This document shows, in pieces, positions 12,501-19,730 of a stretch of DNA of 64,000 nucleotides (position 1 is the first letter of the stretch; every line of letters begins with the position of its first letter). The translations under genes and the position numbers were made by a program. The notes under the pieces are model-generated. The model saw only the letters and a program-made list of their open reading frames with translations. It was not told the origin of the DNA and searched no databases. Location of the stretch: contig JANNXQ010000055.1 in assembly GCA_031409655.1 (NCBI GenBank), forward strand, positions 10,591 to 74,590. Direction: 5' to 3'. The stretch comes from Chthoniobacteraceae bacterium. GTDB lineage: Bacteria > Verrucomicrobiota > Verrucomicrobiia > Chthoniobacterales > Chthoniobacteraceae.

Positions 12501-13876
12501 AATTTTTCCGCAAGCGCTGCTCGGAGCGAGGCGACCGCGCAGGTGGCGGGCGTGCAGTAGGCTACGAGGCGCGGCTCCGCACTCTCGTCACTCCGCACGA
12601 TCGCCACGGCCGCCTCCACACCGGGACACGCGCCGAGGACGGCTTCGATGGCGCCGAGTTCGATGCGGTAGCCGCGGAGCTTCACCTGACGGTCGGTGCG
12701 ACCGAGGAATTCCAAGTGGTCGTCCGGCGTGAGGCGGGCGAGGTCGCCGGTCTTATAGAGGAGGAAGCCGGACCCGCAGGTGACGAACCGGGCGGCGGTG
12801 AGGTCCGGGCGATGGTGGTAGCCGCGCGCCACTCCTGGCCCGGCGATGTGGATCTCGCCCGTCTCTCCGTCGGCGACGGTGTCGCCATTTTCATCGAGCA
12901 AGAGAATGTGTGCGCCCGGGATCGGCTGACCGATGGTGACGAGCGCCGGTGGCGGCACCAGACGGGCGACGGTGCTCCAGACGGTGGCCTCGGTGGGGCC
13001 GTATTCATTGAAGAGTTCGGCCTCCGGTAGGCGACGGGCGTGCGCGAATGGCAACTCCTGCGGACACGTTTCTCCTGCAACGATGACGGTCCGAAGCGTT
13101 CCAAGATCGCCTCCCAACGCGAGCAAGCGGGCGAGCACGGACGGCAGACAAAGGGTGTGCGTGATTTTTTCCGCAGCAATGATCGCGGCAAGCGCCGCGG
13201 GATCGCGCTCTTCGCCAGAAGGCGTGAGGACGAGCGTCCCGCCGGTGCTGAGCGTCCAGAAGAGACCCGCGACCGAGCTATCGAAGGCAAAGGAGGAAAG
13301 CAGGAGGAACCGCTCTGGCGCGCGGCGGTAGTAGTCGAGCCGCGCCTGGGTGGAGTGAGCGAGATTGGCGTGCGTGACCAGCACCCCCTTGGGCGGCCCC
13401 GTGGAACCTGAGGTGTAGATGATGGAGGCGAGTTGGTCGCCGTCGATCTCGGCAGGCTGGGCTTCGCCGGCGCCATCCGGGTCCACGTCTTCAAAAAAGA
13501 CCAGCGTCGCGGCAGAAACCGGCACTTTGTCCCCCAGCGGGCGGGAGCAAAGGATCACGCTCGCCTCACAGTCTTCGAGCGTGAAGGCGATCAGCTCCGC
13601 CGGATATTCAGGGTCGATCGGAGCATAGGCCCCGCCGGCGTAATGCACGCCGAGGATGCCGACCACAGTCTCGGGCGAACGCGCGGCGAGGATCGCGACC
13701 GTCGCTTCACTCCCGACGCCGAGCGCCCGGAGCCGCGACGCGACCGCGAGCGCCCGCCGATGCAGGTCGCTGTAGCTCCGGGCTTCGCTGCCGCAACGGA
13801 TGGCGAGCGCGTCCGGCGTCCGGGCGGCTTGGGCCGCGATGAGTTGCGGCACCGACGCTGGCACGAGATCGCTCAT
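3560..13876 (-). CDS. Hybrid NRPS/type I PKS: A-PCP-sulfotransferase-KS-AT-ACP-aminotransferase(class III)-C-A-PCP
   Basis: 3438 aa. YTSGSTGPPKG/NEYGPTE/YKTGDL (A1), LGGDSL (PCP), GPPRSGTTLLR...DKSP (sulfotransferase), QTACSTS/EAHGTGT/NIGHLD (KS), GHSVG and HAFHS (malonyl-type AT), LGFDSL (ACP), DEVITGFR/YGKIVGGG (PLP aminotransferase), HHIFCNG (C), YTSGSTGRPKG (A2), LGGHSL (PCP). Confidence 0.95.
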   Translation of the reverse strand: MSDLVPASVPQLIAAQAARTPDALAIRCGSEARSYSDLHRRALAVASRLRALGVGSEATVAILAARSPETVVGILGVHYAGGAYAPIDPEYPAELIAFTLEDCEASVILCSRPLGDKVPVSAATLVFFEDVDPDGAGEAQPAEIDGDQLASIIYTSGSTGPPKGVLVTHANLAHSTQARLDYYRRAPERFLLLSSFAFDSSVAGLFWTLSTGGTLVLTPSGEERDPAALAAIIAAEKITHTLCLPSVLARLLALGGDLGTLRTVIVAGETCPQELPFAHARRLPEAELFNEYGPTEATVWSTVARLVPPPALVTIGQPIPGAHILLLDENGDTVADGETGEIHIAGPGVARGYHHRPDLTAARFVTCGSGFLLYKTGDLARLTPDDHLEFLGRTDRQVKLRGYRIELGAIEAVLGACPGVEAAVAIVRSDESAEPRLVAYCTPATCAVASLRAALAEKLPAFMQPSAFVALDAFPRMPNGKVDRTALPAPSRQRPELESAFVEPRSATERHLAEEWRAVLRLESVGVHDRFFDLGGDSLLAATLCSRLQATLGEPIFVVALFEAPTISQLAAYLRQHYPAAVARVFQEQPPERSVAVERAVETTPAAAVHASPSPSSVRPKNRRAIFILGPPRSGTTLLRAMLAAHPALFTASELRLLGPRTLGERSSGDAAAAAVGRQGRIDAILAAKGCTHAEAAQLLDGYERLHLDTADFFAVLQQWIDPRVLVDKSPSYALDPAALQHAEEIFEDAFYIHLARHPYEMIRSFERQRMDRIYLPDAGDLSPGEVGEKVWLAAHRNITDFLTKIPATRRLDLRFSDLVTQPRASLEALCQALGFPFEPAMLEPYRESTKPDAGRHTPDDPRFHEHGSIKPEIAEGWRGMMADDFLSAPTWQLAEELGVAQRTPKCAPPEEPAKPALPPDAIAIIGMSGRFPGARNVEEFWRNLCAGVESIRPFTAEELRASGIAAATASEPGYVNAGAQIDDADKFAAAFFGYTPREAELMDPQQRVFLECAWEAFENAGCDVSRFAGAVGVFAGVAVNDYFQFNLATRPELTPLLGTYALTLGNEKDFVATRVAHKLRLRGPAIGVQTACSTSLVALHLACQSLRSGESDLALVGGGRISVPLHAGYPYVDGGIPSPDGHCRAFDAEARGCVPANGIATVVLKRLADAVRDGDRISSVIRGTAINNDAGDKAGFTAPSVAGQAAAIASAHAAAGVSAETIGYVEAHGTGTSLGDPIELTALTKAFRKTTDATGFCRIGSLKTNIGHLDAGAGAAGLIKASLALDRGLLPASLHFQTPNPQIDFAHSPFVVNASLTPWPRGECVRRAGVSSFGIGGTNAHAVLEEAPLVVGTPATRPWQLLVLSARTATALDSATANLARYLRENPDAVLADVAHTLQSGRREFEHRRSVVARDPAEAAELLEMKDGRRVVSGKVTTSAPEVVFMFPGQGAQYPGMARELFDGEPVFREAMLRCAQILAPRLDLIAALYPEDTSAALTDTRVAQPAIFAVEYALARLWHSWGIEPAALLGHSVGEFSAACLAGVLSLEDALELVAERAQLMQEMPGGAMLAVRLSEAELQPLLPVGIEVAAINAPRLCVVSGSTAAITDFAAQMAAQSIATVALRTSHAFHSAMMEPAAAVFSALAAAVRFDAPRIPLISTLSGDADADFTRAEYWPRQMREPVRFAAAAASIAPERVLLEVGPGSTLAAPARQSRGGPVVASQSASGEREHASLLEALGRLWIAGVAIDWKLLRGDERRLKVALPTYPFERERYWLEPGEARVPSAVLEAPLPPASAATARPVPSPPSIALDQLRTLLHGMSGVAVEKMEPATTLLELGFDSLFLTQVALALRKKFAIEVSFRQLFEEFATIGALAAEIEMAPPAVAQASLPVGVPQASSLPGEAGKDACGTPTGWQPALLQPALLQAHGPFRPIQRDAAEILTTAQQQHLAELTARYTVRTATSKRRTQETRAHFADPRSVSGFRPYWKELTYPIVVERSAGSKLWDVDGHEYLDFTMGYGTNLLGHSPSFITDAIAAQLACGIEIGPQSPVAGELARLLCEFSGQDRAAFTNTGSEAVLAAVRVARTVTGRSLIATFSGYHGINDEFLIRSRTIDGERRSVPIAPGIPEHIASGVLALEYGTAESLAILRSRAHEIAAVLVEPVQSRHPDLQPREFLQEVRRITQEAGAALVFDEVITGFRCHPGGAQAWFEVRADLVTYGKIVGGGMPMGALCGRCKFMDALDGGAWGFGDDSRPETGLTFFAGTFVRHPLAMAASLAMLRFLQADGGALQQQLNGRTAQLVVELNTIIAGCGAPIRVESFSSFFFLKFGEDFAFSAVLFFLLREKGVHVWNNRLFFLSTAHTEEDLARFVSAFRESVEELAPWFASKALAFEAPPTVSTKVPSTLSLVPSQRGLFALAARNSDASRAYNEASALELRGPLDLPALRSALQALVDRHESLRTSISADGETQTIHPRAALPLPVLDCPTPPEVAREIAAVAALQFDLSRPPIIDARLLRCGPEHHVLVVTLHHIFCNGPSLGVFFEELCTLYRDRRAELPAARQLRDFVKRRLKSSAPAAEAFWKMQFAHAAPPLELPLDRPRPAHKTYAGGRETTHLDAELVAALRLAGARQGASLFMTLLAAFQTLLHRVTGQDDLVIGVPFEGEDRGQPGGDRLIANSTNVMPLRSQVAAGTTFAELLARNRALILEATAHQDYFFGDLVAALGQPFDASRAPLFNAVFNYESGRFSRDVKGLKVELVNDREPWLGLRQTAIAEVYLNVTEHAGTLTFRCDYNRDLFDATTVQRWLGHLRTLLAAVAANPTLQVARLPLLTASERQQLLVEWNDNALDFPRDATLHQLLEASAKAHPDACAILDHGRRISYRQLAAQADAVAAQLQSLAIGKEAFVGICMQRSAEMIGAMIGVLKAGGAYVPLDPAYPDERLAVMLEDSRAAVVLCDRVTEQSHAPKLGGAQWVQPWSEGTPMASGATGENLAYLIYTSGSTGRPKGVALEHRNAVAFVHWAQQAYTREELACVLGSTSICFDVSIFEIFVTLATGGTILLAENVLELPRLPDADLLTFLSTVPSAMAELVRDFNLPASIQTVNLGGESLPDALVDAVFRGSAVRRVVNMYGPTETTTYSTFSECQPGAAATIGGPIANTDLFLLDAHLEPVPIGVVGEVYIGGAGLARGYWGQPELTAERFLPNPFGKSERLYKTGDLMRRRADGQLLYVARADHQVKVRGYRVEPGEIDAALGTHPGVREAVTVGHGRADGEMRLVAYLVPAAEMPTVQSLREHLRQSLPEYLIPSAFIEIATLPRTASGKLDRRALPEPGDGGRVSDADLVAPRDAEEQRVAEIWQEVLRIGRVGVHENFFDLGGHSLAAMQVASRLRGSGETEVSFLDVFERPTIAALAEVIRNSAPAAEVEEGVL
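8106..8213. repeat. Nested GTAG-type REP-like palindrome inside the NRPS/PKS coding sequence
   Basis: Outer inverted repeat agtagcgcaggc (8106-8117) / gcctgcgctact (8202-8213); inner ggagtgccgcaggc (8130-8143) / gcctgcggcactcc (8175-8188). Confidence 0.8.
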
Positions 13877-14165
13877 GCGGCGAAGGCGGCCCCCGCCGGG
13901 AACGCAATTCGCTCACACCACTGGAAATGTACGCTCCTGCCACTCCGACCCAGCCCCCGCTTCTGCCCAGCGATCGCGCCGTTTTCCGGGAGGTTTTTTC
14001 TAATGATCATGATTTTGTTTGCGCGTCGGACCGCTGGCCGGAATGGTTCCCCAGACGTAAAGGGCACGCTGGGAGATTTTCCGGCATTCGAGTCATGATC
14101 CAATTTTCGCATCCAAGAATTAGCAATGGGTATGCCAGTGCTGCCCAAGCCAACCGCTCCAACCA

Positions 14166-14753
14166 ATGGAACTGAAAGGCTACACGACGGGCGACTTTGA
14201 CCGCGGCGCTCCACGCTGGAAAGAGGCGCTCTGGATGATGGTGAAGTGCGTCTTTTTCCTGAACCCCCTCCCCTGGCCGTCCGCCCTGCGGGTCGCGCTC
14301 CTGCGGCTCTTCGGAGCACGGATCGCCGAGGGCGTCGTCATCCGCTCGAGTGTGAATGTCACCTTTCCCTGGCGCCTCACGATCGGTCGCGATGTGTGGA
14401 TTGGCGAAAACGTCCTCATCCTGAGCCTCGGGCAGGTGACGATCGGGCCCAGCGTCTGCATCTCGCAGCGGGCTTTCCTTTGCACGGGGTCGCATGACTT
14501 TCGCTCACCGGGTTTCGACCTCATCGTCAAGCCGATCACCATCTGCGGGCACTCTTGGATCGCCGCGCAGTCCTTCATCGCGCCGGGCGTCGAGGTCGGC
14601 GAGGGCAGTGTGGTCACAGCCGGGACGGTCGTGATCGCGGATGTCGAGCCCCGCACCGTGGTCCGCGGCAATCCAGGCGTGGCCGTGAAAGAGATCGTGC
14701 CAATGCGGTGGTCGACGCTCGAAATGCGCGAGGCCGTCGCCAGCGCGCGTTGA
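14166..14753 (+). CDS. wcaF: WcaF-family polysaccharide O-acetyltransferase (hexapeptide repeat)
   Basis: LLRLFGARIAEGVVIR, FPWRLTIGRDVWIGENV, CISQRAFLCTGSHDF, left-handed beta-helix repeats. Confidence 0.85.
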   Translation: MELKGYTTGDFDRGAPRWKEALWMMVKCVFFLNPLPWPSALRVALLRLFGARIAEGVVIRSSVNVTFPWRLTIGRDVWIGENVLILSLGQVTIGPSVCISQRAFLCTGSHDFRSPGFDLIVKPITICGHSWIAAQSFIAPGVEVGEGSVVTAGTVVIADVEPRTVVRGNPGVAVKEIVPMRWSTLEMREAVASAR

Positions 14754-14819
14754 TCACCAACTGGACGGTTCGGGATTGAGTCTGGAAACGGGCCGGCGAT
14801 CCCTGCTGATATTGGGCAA

Positions 14820-15914
14820 ATGCGTTTCCTTTTCCTGAATCAGTACTTCCCGCCCGATCCGGCGCCGACGGGAGTGCTCTTTTGGGAAATCGCCGAGGCT
14901 CTGCGGGAGGCCGGACACGAGGTCGATTTCGTCGCCGCGCGCCAGGACTACCGCGCCGGACAGCGGCAGGGCGGACGCATGATCCGCGAATTCTGCGCGC
15001 TCGGCCGGATGCTGCTCGATGGCGTGGCGCGACCGCGTCCGGATGTCGTGGTGTCCGGCACTTCGCCACCGTGTCTGCTCGCCGTGGCGACGCTCGTCGC
15101 GCTGCGCCATCGCGCGCGTTCGGTGCATTGGATCATGGACATGTATCCGGAGATCGCGGTCGGTTTGGGTGAGATTCGCGAAGGCGCATTGGCCGGTGTG
15201 ATCAGTCGCGTGATGCGCTGGGGCTATCGGCGTGCGGCGAAAGTCGTGGCGCTCGATGACGACATGGCTGCCCTAGTACGACGGCACGGTGTGGAGCCAG
15301 CGATCATTCGACCGTGGGTCTTTTCCTCCGTGCTCGAGCGCCTTGCCGAAGCGCGCGCCGAACCGTCCACGGAATGGACTTGGATGTACTCCGGCAATCT
15401 CGGCCGCGCGCACGAATGGGAGACCCTGCTCGCAGCGCAGGCGCTCCTCGAAGCCCGCGGGGCGGATATCCGGCTGCTCATGCAAGGCGGCGGTCCATCA
15501 TGGCCAGCGGCGAAGAAGCGGGCGGGCGAGCTGGGCCTGAAGCGCTGCGAATGGCGTGACTACGTTCCGGAAGCCGAACTGCCAGAAACCTTGCGCCGCA
15601 GCGCCGTACTGGCGGTGACGCAGCTCCCAGCCGCGCAGGGCCTGCTCTGGCCGAGCAAGCTGGGCCTCGTGCTCAGCCTGCCCCGCGCAATCTTGTGGGT
15701 CGGCCCACCGGATGGAGCCATCGCGCGGATGCTGCGCGCCCAGCCGCACGCCGGGATCTTTGCGACGGGACAGGCCGCAGAAGTGGCGGACTGGCTGCTC
15801 GCCAGACGACATGCACCCGTCGCGACGATCCCCGCACTGGATCCGGCGCAGCATCGGAAAGAGGCGCTCCAGTCCTGGGTGCGACTGCTCACCGCAGAGC
15901 CGCATCGTGACTGA
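14820..15914 (+). CDS. Glycosyltransferase family 4 (WcaI-like)
   Basis: LNQYFPPDPAPTG, HWIMDMYPE, MYSGNLGRAH, PSKL motifs. Confidence 0.85.
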   Translation: MRFLFLNQYFPPDPAPTGVLFWEIAEALREAGHEVDFVAARQDYRAGQRQGGRMIREFCALGRMLLDGVARPRPDVVVSGTSPPCLLAVATLVALRHRARSVHWIMDMYPEIAVGLGEIREGALAGVISRVMRWGYRRAAKVVALDDDMAALVRRHGVEPAIIRPWVFSSVLERLAEARAEPSTEWTWMYSGNLGRAHEWETLLAAQALLEARGADIRLLMQGGGPSWPAAKKRAGELGLKRCEWRDYVPEAELPETLRRSAVLAVTQLPAAQGLLWPSKLGLVLSLPRAILWVGPPDGAIARMLRAQPHAGIFATGQAAEVADWLLARRHAPVATIPALDPAQHRKEALQSWVRLLTAEPHRD

Positions 15915-15923
15915 GTAAGTCTG

Positions 15924-16868
15924 CTACCTCGTCTCTGCCAGTCGCACCGTCTTTCCGTGCTCGACGTCGAAGACCTCCAAGTCCGCGATGAGACTGATCC
16001 GATCCCCTCCCGACACGAAGGAGTACTCGCCATCCAGATTCCGCGACTCCCGCGCCTTTGAAAGCACATAACCTTCCTCTGCGGTGAGCGCCTTGACATC
16101 TGCTGCGACATCGCCGCGCACAAAGAAAGCATCGTTCCCCGCCAAGGTGCAGCCGACGAAAACGTAACCTTTCTTCGCGGCCAGACGAACAAGGGCGGGC
16201 AGCGAAGCACCGAAGTACAGATTCGAGGAATGCGCAGACGTGCGGAAGAACTTCGGGTCGTAAGGCACCGTCACCGCGCGCTTCGCGCCAAAGACGCTGT
16301 TGAACTCGCAGATCACAATTCGCGGACTCACCACGTCGATCGCTTCCCAAATCCAATAGTCATTTCCATCCACATCAATGCTCAGCAGACCCACGTCGCC
16401 GCGGAAACGTTTTGCGATCAGTTCGTTGATATTCTCCCGCGTGACAAAGGCGGACATCGCGAGCAAGTCGTGGCGCCAGTAGATCTCCTGCTTCTTGATG
16501 GCCTCGATCCGCCCCTCGCTCCCGTCGATCACCAAGCCCGACCAATTCTGCCGCATCATCAGAAAGCGCGTATTTGCCTCCAGGTAATCCTCCACACCGA
16601 ACTCGATGAAGGTCTGATTCTCGATCGGCACCCGCGCGAGCAGATACTGCAAGATGCCGTCCTGTCCGGACTGGGAAAAGACCGCAAACTCCGACTCCCG
16701 CAAGGTCATCGCGGGGTTCGTGCGGATTCGGTCGATAAGTAAATCCGCGACGAGGAATGAATTCCGATGCACCTCCCGCGTGCTCTTTTGAATCTGCTCA
16801 TACACCGCCGAGATCCGCGCAAAGAGCGGGCGGTAGGGTCGCAAGAGGAACTCTTTAATTCTCTTCAT
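15924..16868 (-). CDS. Conserved polysaccharide-locus protein, FkbM-like methyltransferase fold
   Basis: FSQSGQDGIL, FIEFGVEDYLEANTR, LLSIDVDGNDYWIW, PRIVICEFN; ATG at 16868 chosen as start. Confidence 0.65.
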   Translation of the reverse strand: MKRIKEFLLRPYRPLFARISAVYEQIQKSTREVHRNSFLVADLLIDRIRTNPAMTLRESEFAVFSQSGQDGILQYLLARVPIENQTFIEFGVEDYLEANTRFLMMRQNWSGLVIDGSEGRIEAIKKQEIYWRHDLLAMSAFVTRENINELIAKRFRGDVGLLSIDVDGNDYWIWEAIDVVSPRIVICEFNSVFGAKRAVTVPYDPKFFRTSAHSSNLYFGASLPALVRLAAKKGYVFVGCTLAGNDAFFVRGDVAADVKALTAEEGYVLSKARESRNLDGEYSFVSGGDRISLIADLEVFDVEHGKTVRLAETR

Positions 16869-17012
16869 CGCTGCACTTGCTCGCAAAGGACTTGGTCACG
16901 ACGCGAAGTTACCTGAGCCACGGGACTGAGGAAAGATCCGAGCATGAACGGCAGCGGGCGAACCACGGGCTGCGGATGCCGCCTGCTTAAATCCACCCTT
17001 CAACGCGGCCAG

Positions 17013-18482
17013 CTACCGGGCAAGCCAGGCGGCCGCGGCGGGCACCGTGGCGAGTTGATGGGGTTGGGCTCCCATTTTCACACGCTGCCCATCCGTGCAT
17101 TTGGCGACGATGGATGCGCTCATGCTTTGCGTCGCGGCCCGCAGGCGCGCGTCTTCCGGAAGGGCTTCCGCAAGCGCGAGCAATTCAGGAAGCGCTTCGA
17201 CGGTGATGCCCATGGCGTCGAATTCCGTGAGCAATGCGGTGATCGCGGGTCGGGTGATCTGCTCCACCTCGCCGCGCTCGGCCACACGGTCCGGCGGCAA
17301 CGCGGCCCGGAGATCAGCCAGCGCTCGGAGAATGATGACGTGATAAACGGTGCGCGCATTGTGCGGATCGATCCAGCGGCCATTCGGCGCCTGACCAGGA
17401 GCGACGCCGACCCGAAACTTCCGCAATGCGCCTTCCAGATACTTCGGTTCGCCCGTGCTGCGGAAGGCTTGCGCGAGGAGCGAGACCGAGAAGGCGTTGT
17501 AGTTGAAATTGCTGCAGCAAGGCTGAGTCAGTGCCCAATCTGCGGCGCGCAGACCCGCGCGTTTCCACTCGTCTCTCGAGTGGAGTTTTCCCGCCGCGAG
17601 GAGTGCGGCGCCGCTCAGGCCAGTGTCAAACTGCGATCCGCCGTCGGGATCGGGCGTCACGAGCCAGCCGTCGCGCGCTTCCACTTTTCCCTCCTGAAGC
17701 AGCTTCTCCGTCAGGTCGCCGAAACGAATGTTTTTTCCGCGGAGATCGGGGAATGGGAAATGTCCGGCCGGCTGCTGGAGATCGAGGAGGATGCGGGTCG
17801 CGCCGCGCGTGAGTCGGTCCAGATTCGCGAGCGCCTCGGGCTGATGCTTCGCCGCGAAAGGACGTGCCGAATTCGCCGCATCGAGGACGTAGGCGTAGAT
17901 GCGCACCATCTGATCCGGCAGGGGCTTGCCCTCCAGGATCGGACGGATGCGGCGGCTTTCCCCATCGAGGGCGTCGAGGAAAAGCTTGCTGGCGGCGCCT
18001 TCGGTGATGGCCCGCGGCTCGACTTTCTTCCCGGCGCGCCGTCCATCAGGCACCCCGGCCTGATCGCCGAGCACGCGCAACATTTCCACCGTGACGGCAC
18101 TCACCTGGGCAGGATCGCCGGACTGCATGGCCGCCCCGAGTTTTGCCCCGAAGGCCTTCGATTTCTCCAGCATCTCGGGGGTGGGCGTGAAGAGGGGCTG
18201 TCCGGCCATCGAGTTCCCACCGCCGTCGAGTCCCACCTGCACTTCGACGGTCCGCAATTGCGCATCGACACCCTCTGGCTTGCCCGCGCGCAAAACCGCC
18301 ATCACCCGCCGTCCCGTGGCTTCCACTTCGGCCACGAGTTCTTTGTCATTCTGCTCGCGCGCGATCTGCATCGCCCTACGCAGGCGCCCCTCCGCTTGGG
18401 AAGCAGTGACATCGGCGGCATTCGCCAAAGGGGAAAGGAGGAATGTGGAGAGGAGGAGCGGCGCGATCTGGAGATGTTTCAT
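17013..18482 (-). CDS. Secreted hypothetical protein, possibly alpha/alpha-toroid fold
   Basis: Signal peptide MKHLQIAPLLLSTFLLSPLANAA; helical repeats such as WKRAGLRAADW and STGEPKYLEGA; coding-like composition. Confidence 0.6.
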   Translation of the reverse strand: MKHLQIAPLLLSTFLLSPLANAADVTASQAEGRLRRAMQIAREQNDKELVAEVEATGRRVMAVLRAGKPEGVDAQLRTVEVQVGLDGGGNSMAGQPLFTPTPEMLEKSKAFGAKLGAAMQSGDPAQVSAVTVEMLRVLGDQAGVPDGRRAGKKVEPRAITEGAASKLFLDALDGESRRIRPILEGKPLPDQMVRIYAYVLDAANSARPFAAKHQPEALANLDRLTRGATRILLDLQQPAGHFPFPDLRGKNIRFGDLTEKLLQEGKVEARDGWLVTPDPDGGSQFDTGLSGAALLAAGKLHSRDEWKRAGLRAADWALTQPCCSNFNYNAFSVSLLAQAFRSTGEPKYLEGALRKFRVGVAPGQAPNGRWIDPHNARTVYHVIILRALADLRAALPPDRVAERGEVEQITRPAITALLTEFDAMGITVEALPELLALAEALPEDARLRAATQSMSASIVAKCTDGQRVKMGAQPHQLATVPAAAAWLAR

Positions 18483-18500
18483 AAAATGGGACGTCAGCAG

Positions 18501-18528
18501 AAACGCCGCGGGCGCGACTCGGGTTACA
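18501..18528 (-). promoter_or_regulatory. Putative ECF-sigma promoter
   Basis: Minus strand TGTAAC-N17-CGTTT ending 18 nt before the ATG at 18482; resembles the AAC/CGT ECF consensus. Confidence 0.35.
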
Positions 18529-18620
18529 CGGCACAAGATTCGCCAAGCGATCGCCAAGCGGGGCGTAGCGAATGGGCACGGATGGCGGTAACTTCACCCA
18601 AGCAAGAAACCAAATATCCC

Positions 18621-19151
18621 ATGAACCCCATGACCACGATCACTCCCGAACGTCCCACTGCGCTGGCCACCACCAGCCTCCCAAATCCTCGCCAGTCCGC
18701 GCCACCACTGCACCTCGAGAGCATTCTCGTGCCTCTGGATTTCTCCGAGATGTCCCTCGCCTCGCTCCGCTATGCAGCGCCGCTGGCCCGGCAATTCGGC
18801 GCGAAGATCACGCTGCTCCACGTCGTCCAGCCACCAAACTACGCACCCGAACTTCCGTATCCCGAGGTCATCGACCAGGAGAATCTCTCCCTGGCTGAGA
18901 ATACGCTTGCCGCAATCCGCACCGAGAAAATCGACTCTGATCTGCGGGTCGATACCGTCGTGCAGCACGGCTTCGTCTTCGAAAACATCCTCGAGGTCGC
19001 GCGGAAGGTCCACGCCGACCTCATCATCACCAGCACCCACGGCTACAGCGGACTGAAACATCTCCTGATGGGCAGCACCGCCGAGTGCATCGTGCGAAAG
19101 GCTCCCTGCCCCGTGCTCGTGGTCCGGGATCCCGAGGCAGAACCCGCGTAA
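18621..19151 (+). CDS. Universal stress protein (UspA family)
   Basis: ILVPLDFSEMS, ITLLHVV, ADLIITSTHGYSGLKHLLMGSTAECIVRKAPCPVLVV; this is the real 3' part of ORF 16944..19151. Confidence 0.92.
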   Translation: MNPMTTITPERPTALATTSLPNPRQSAPPLHLESILVPLDFSEMSLASLRYAAPLARQFGAKITLLHVVQPPNYAPELPYPEVIDQENLSLAENTLAAIRTEKIDSDLRVDTVVQHGFVFENILEVARKVHADLIITSTHGYSGLKHLLMGSTAECIVRKAPCPVLVVRDPEAEPA

Positions 19152-19184
19152 GCAGCGCGGGCGGCTCACCGCCGCCGACCGCGC

Positions 19185-19424
19185 TCAGAGCTTGGCGTGG
19201 CTGCCGTCGCACAGCGCACCCTTGCCGCTGTGTTTGCAGCCGCAAAAGTACACCGTGCCATCTTTCTCCGCCATGTAGGCGGTCGGCGCAAAGCTGGTTC
19301 CCTTGTGGGTTCCGTCGCAGAGCGGTTGATTTTTACTCTGACCGCAGGAGCACCAGTAGTAGGTCTTGCCCGCCACGACAGGCGTGGGATAGGGCGCTTT
19401 TTGGGCGATGGAAGGTTCGTTCAT
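19185..19424 (-). CDS. CDGSH iron-sulfur domain protein (two CDGSH motifs, MiNT-like)
   Basis: WCSCGQSKNQPLCDGTH and FCGCKHSGKGALCDGSH. Confidence 0.92.
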   Translation of the reverse strand: MNEPSIAQKAPYPTPVVAGKTYYWCSCGQSKNQPLCDGTHKGTSFAPTAYMAEKDGTVYFCGCKHSGKGALCDGSHAKL

Positions 19425-19730
19425 GCGCGATTCATAGCGGCAGTGAGGGCGCGCGAGAATCCCTTTCTCCACCGGTGCATTGCCTGGACGTTGCGCTTCC
19501 AGATTCCTCAAATCCGGGCAATTCCGTCGCCGATTTTCCCCTGAGCAACCGTTTTGAAAGCCCAATTCTATCTTTTGCTGTTTGACCTGATTCCTACAGA
19601 AAGCGTAACAACCCGCCGCTTCCAGTCAGAACGCATGCCTTTACCCGCTTCGATGACAATTCCCATCGCCCCTTTCCTGCTCCTTCGCTTCCGCGAAAAT
19701 AGGGTCGTCGCAGGACGTTGTTTTTAGATA

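Noticed and set aside
1..13876. Calling the cluster a sulfazecin/monobactam or curacin/olefin-synthase pathway
   Set aside because: It shares a sulfotransferase and a Cys-TE, but the ST is at the start rather than next to the TE, the last A domain looks Val/Ile-like and no Dap-synthesis genes are visible.
16944..18620. 735-aa ORF as a long USP fusion
   Set aside because: The first ~560 codons are antisense to the secreted protein gene; only 18621..19151 is USP-like.
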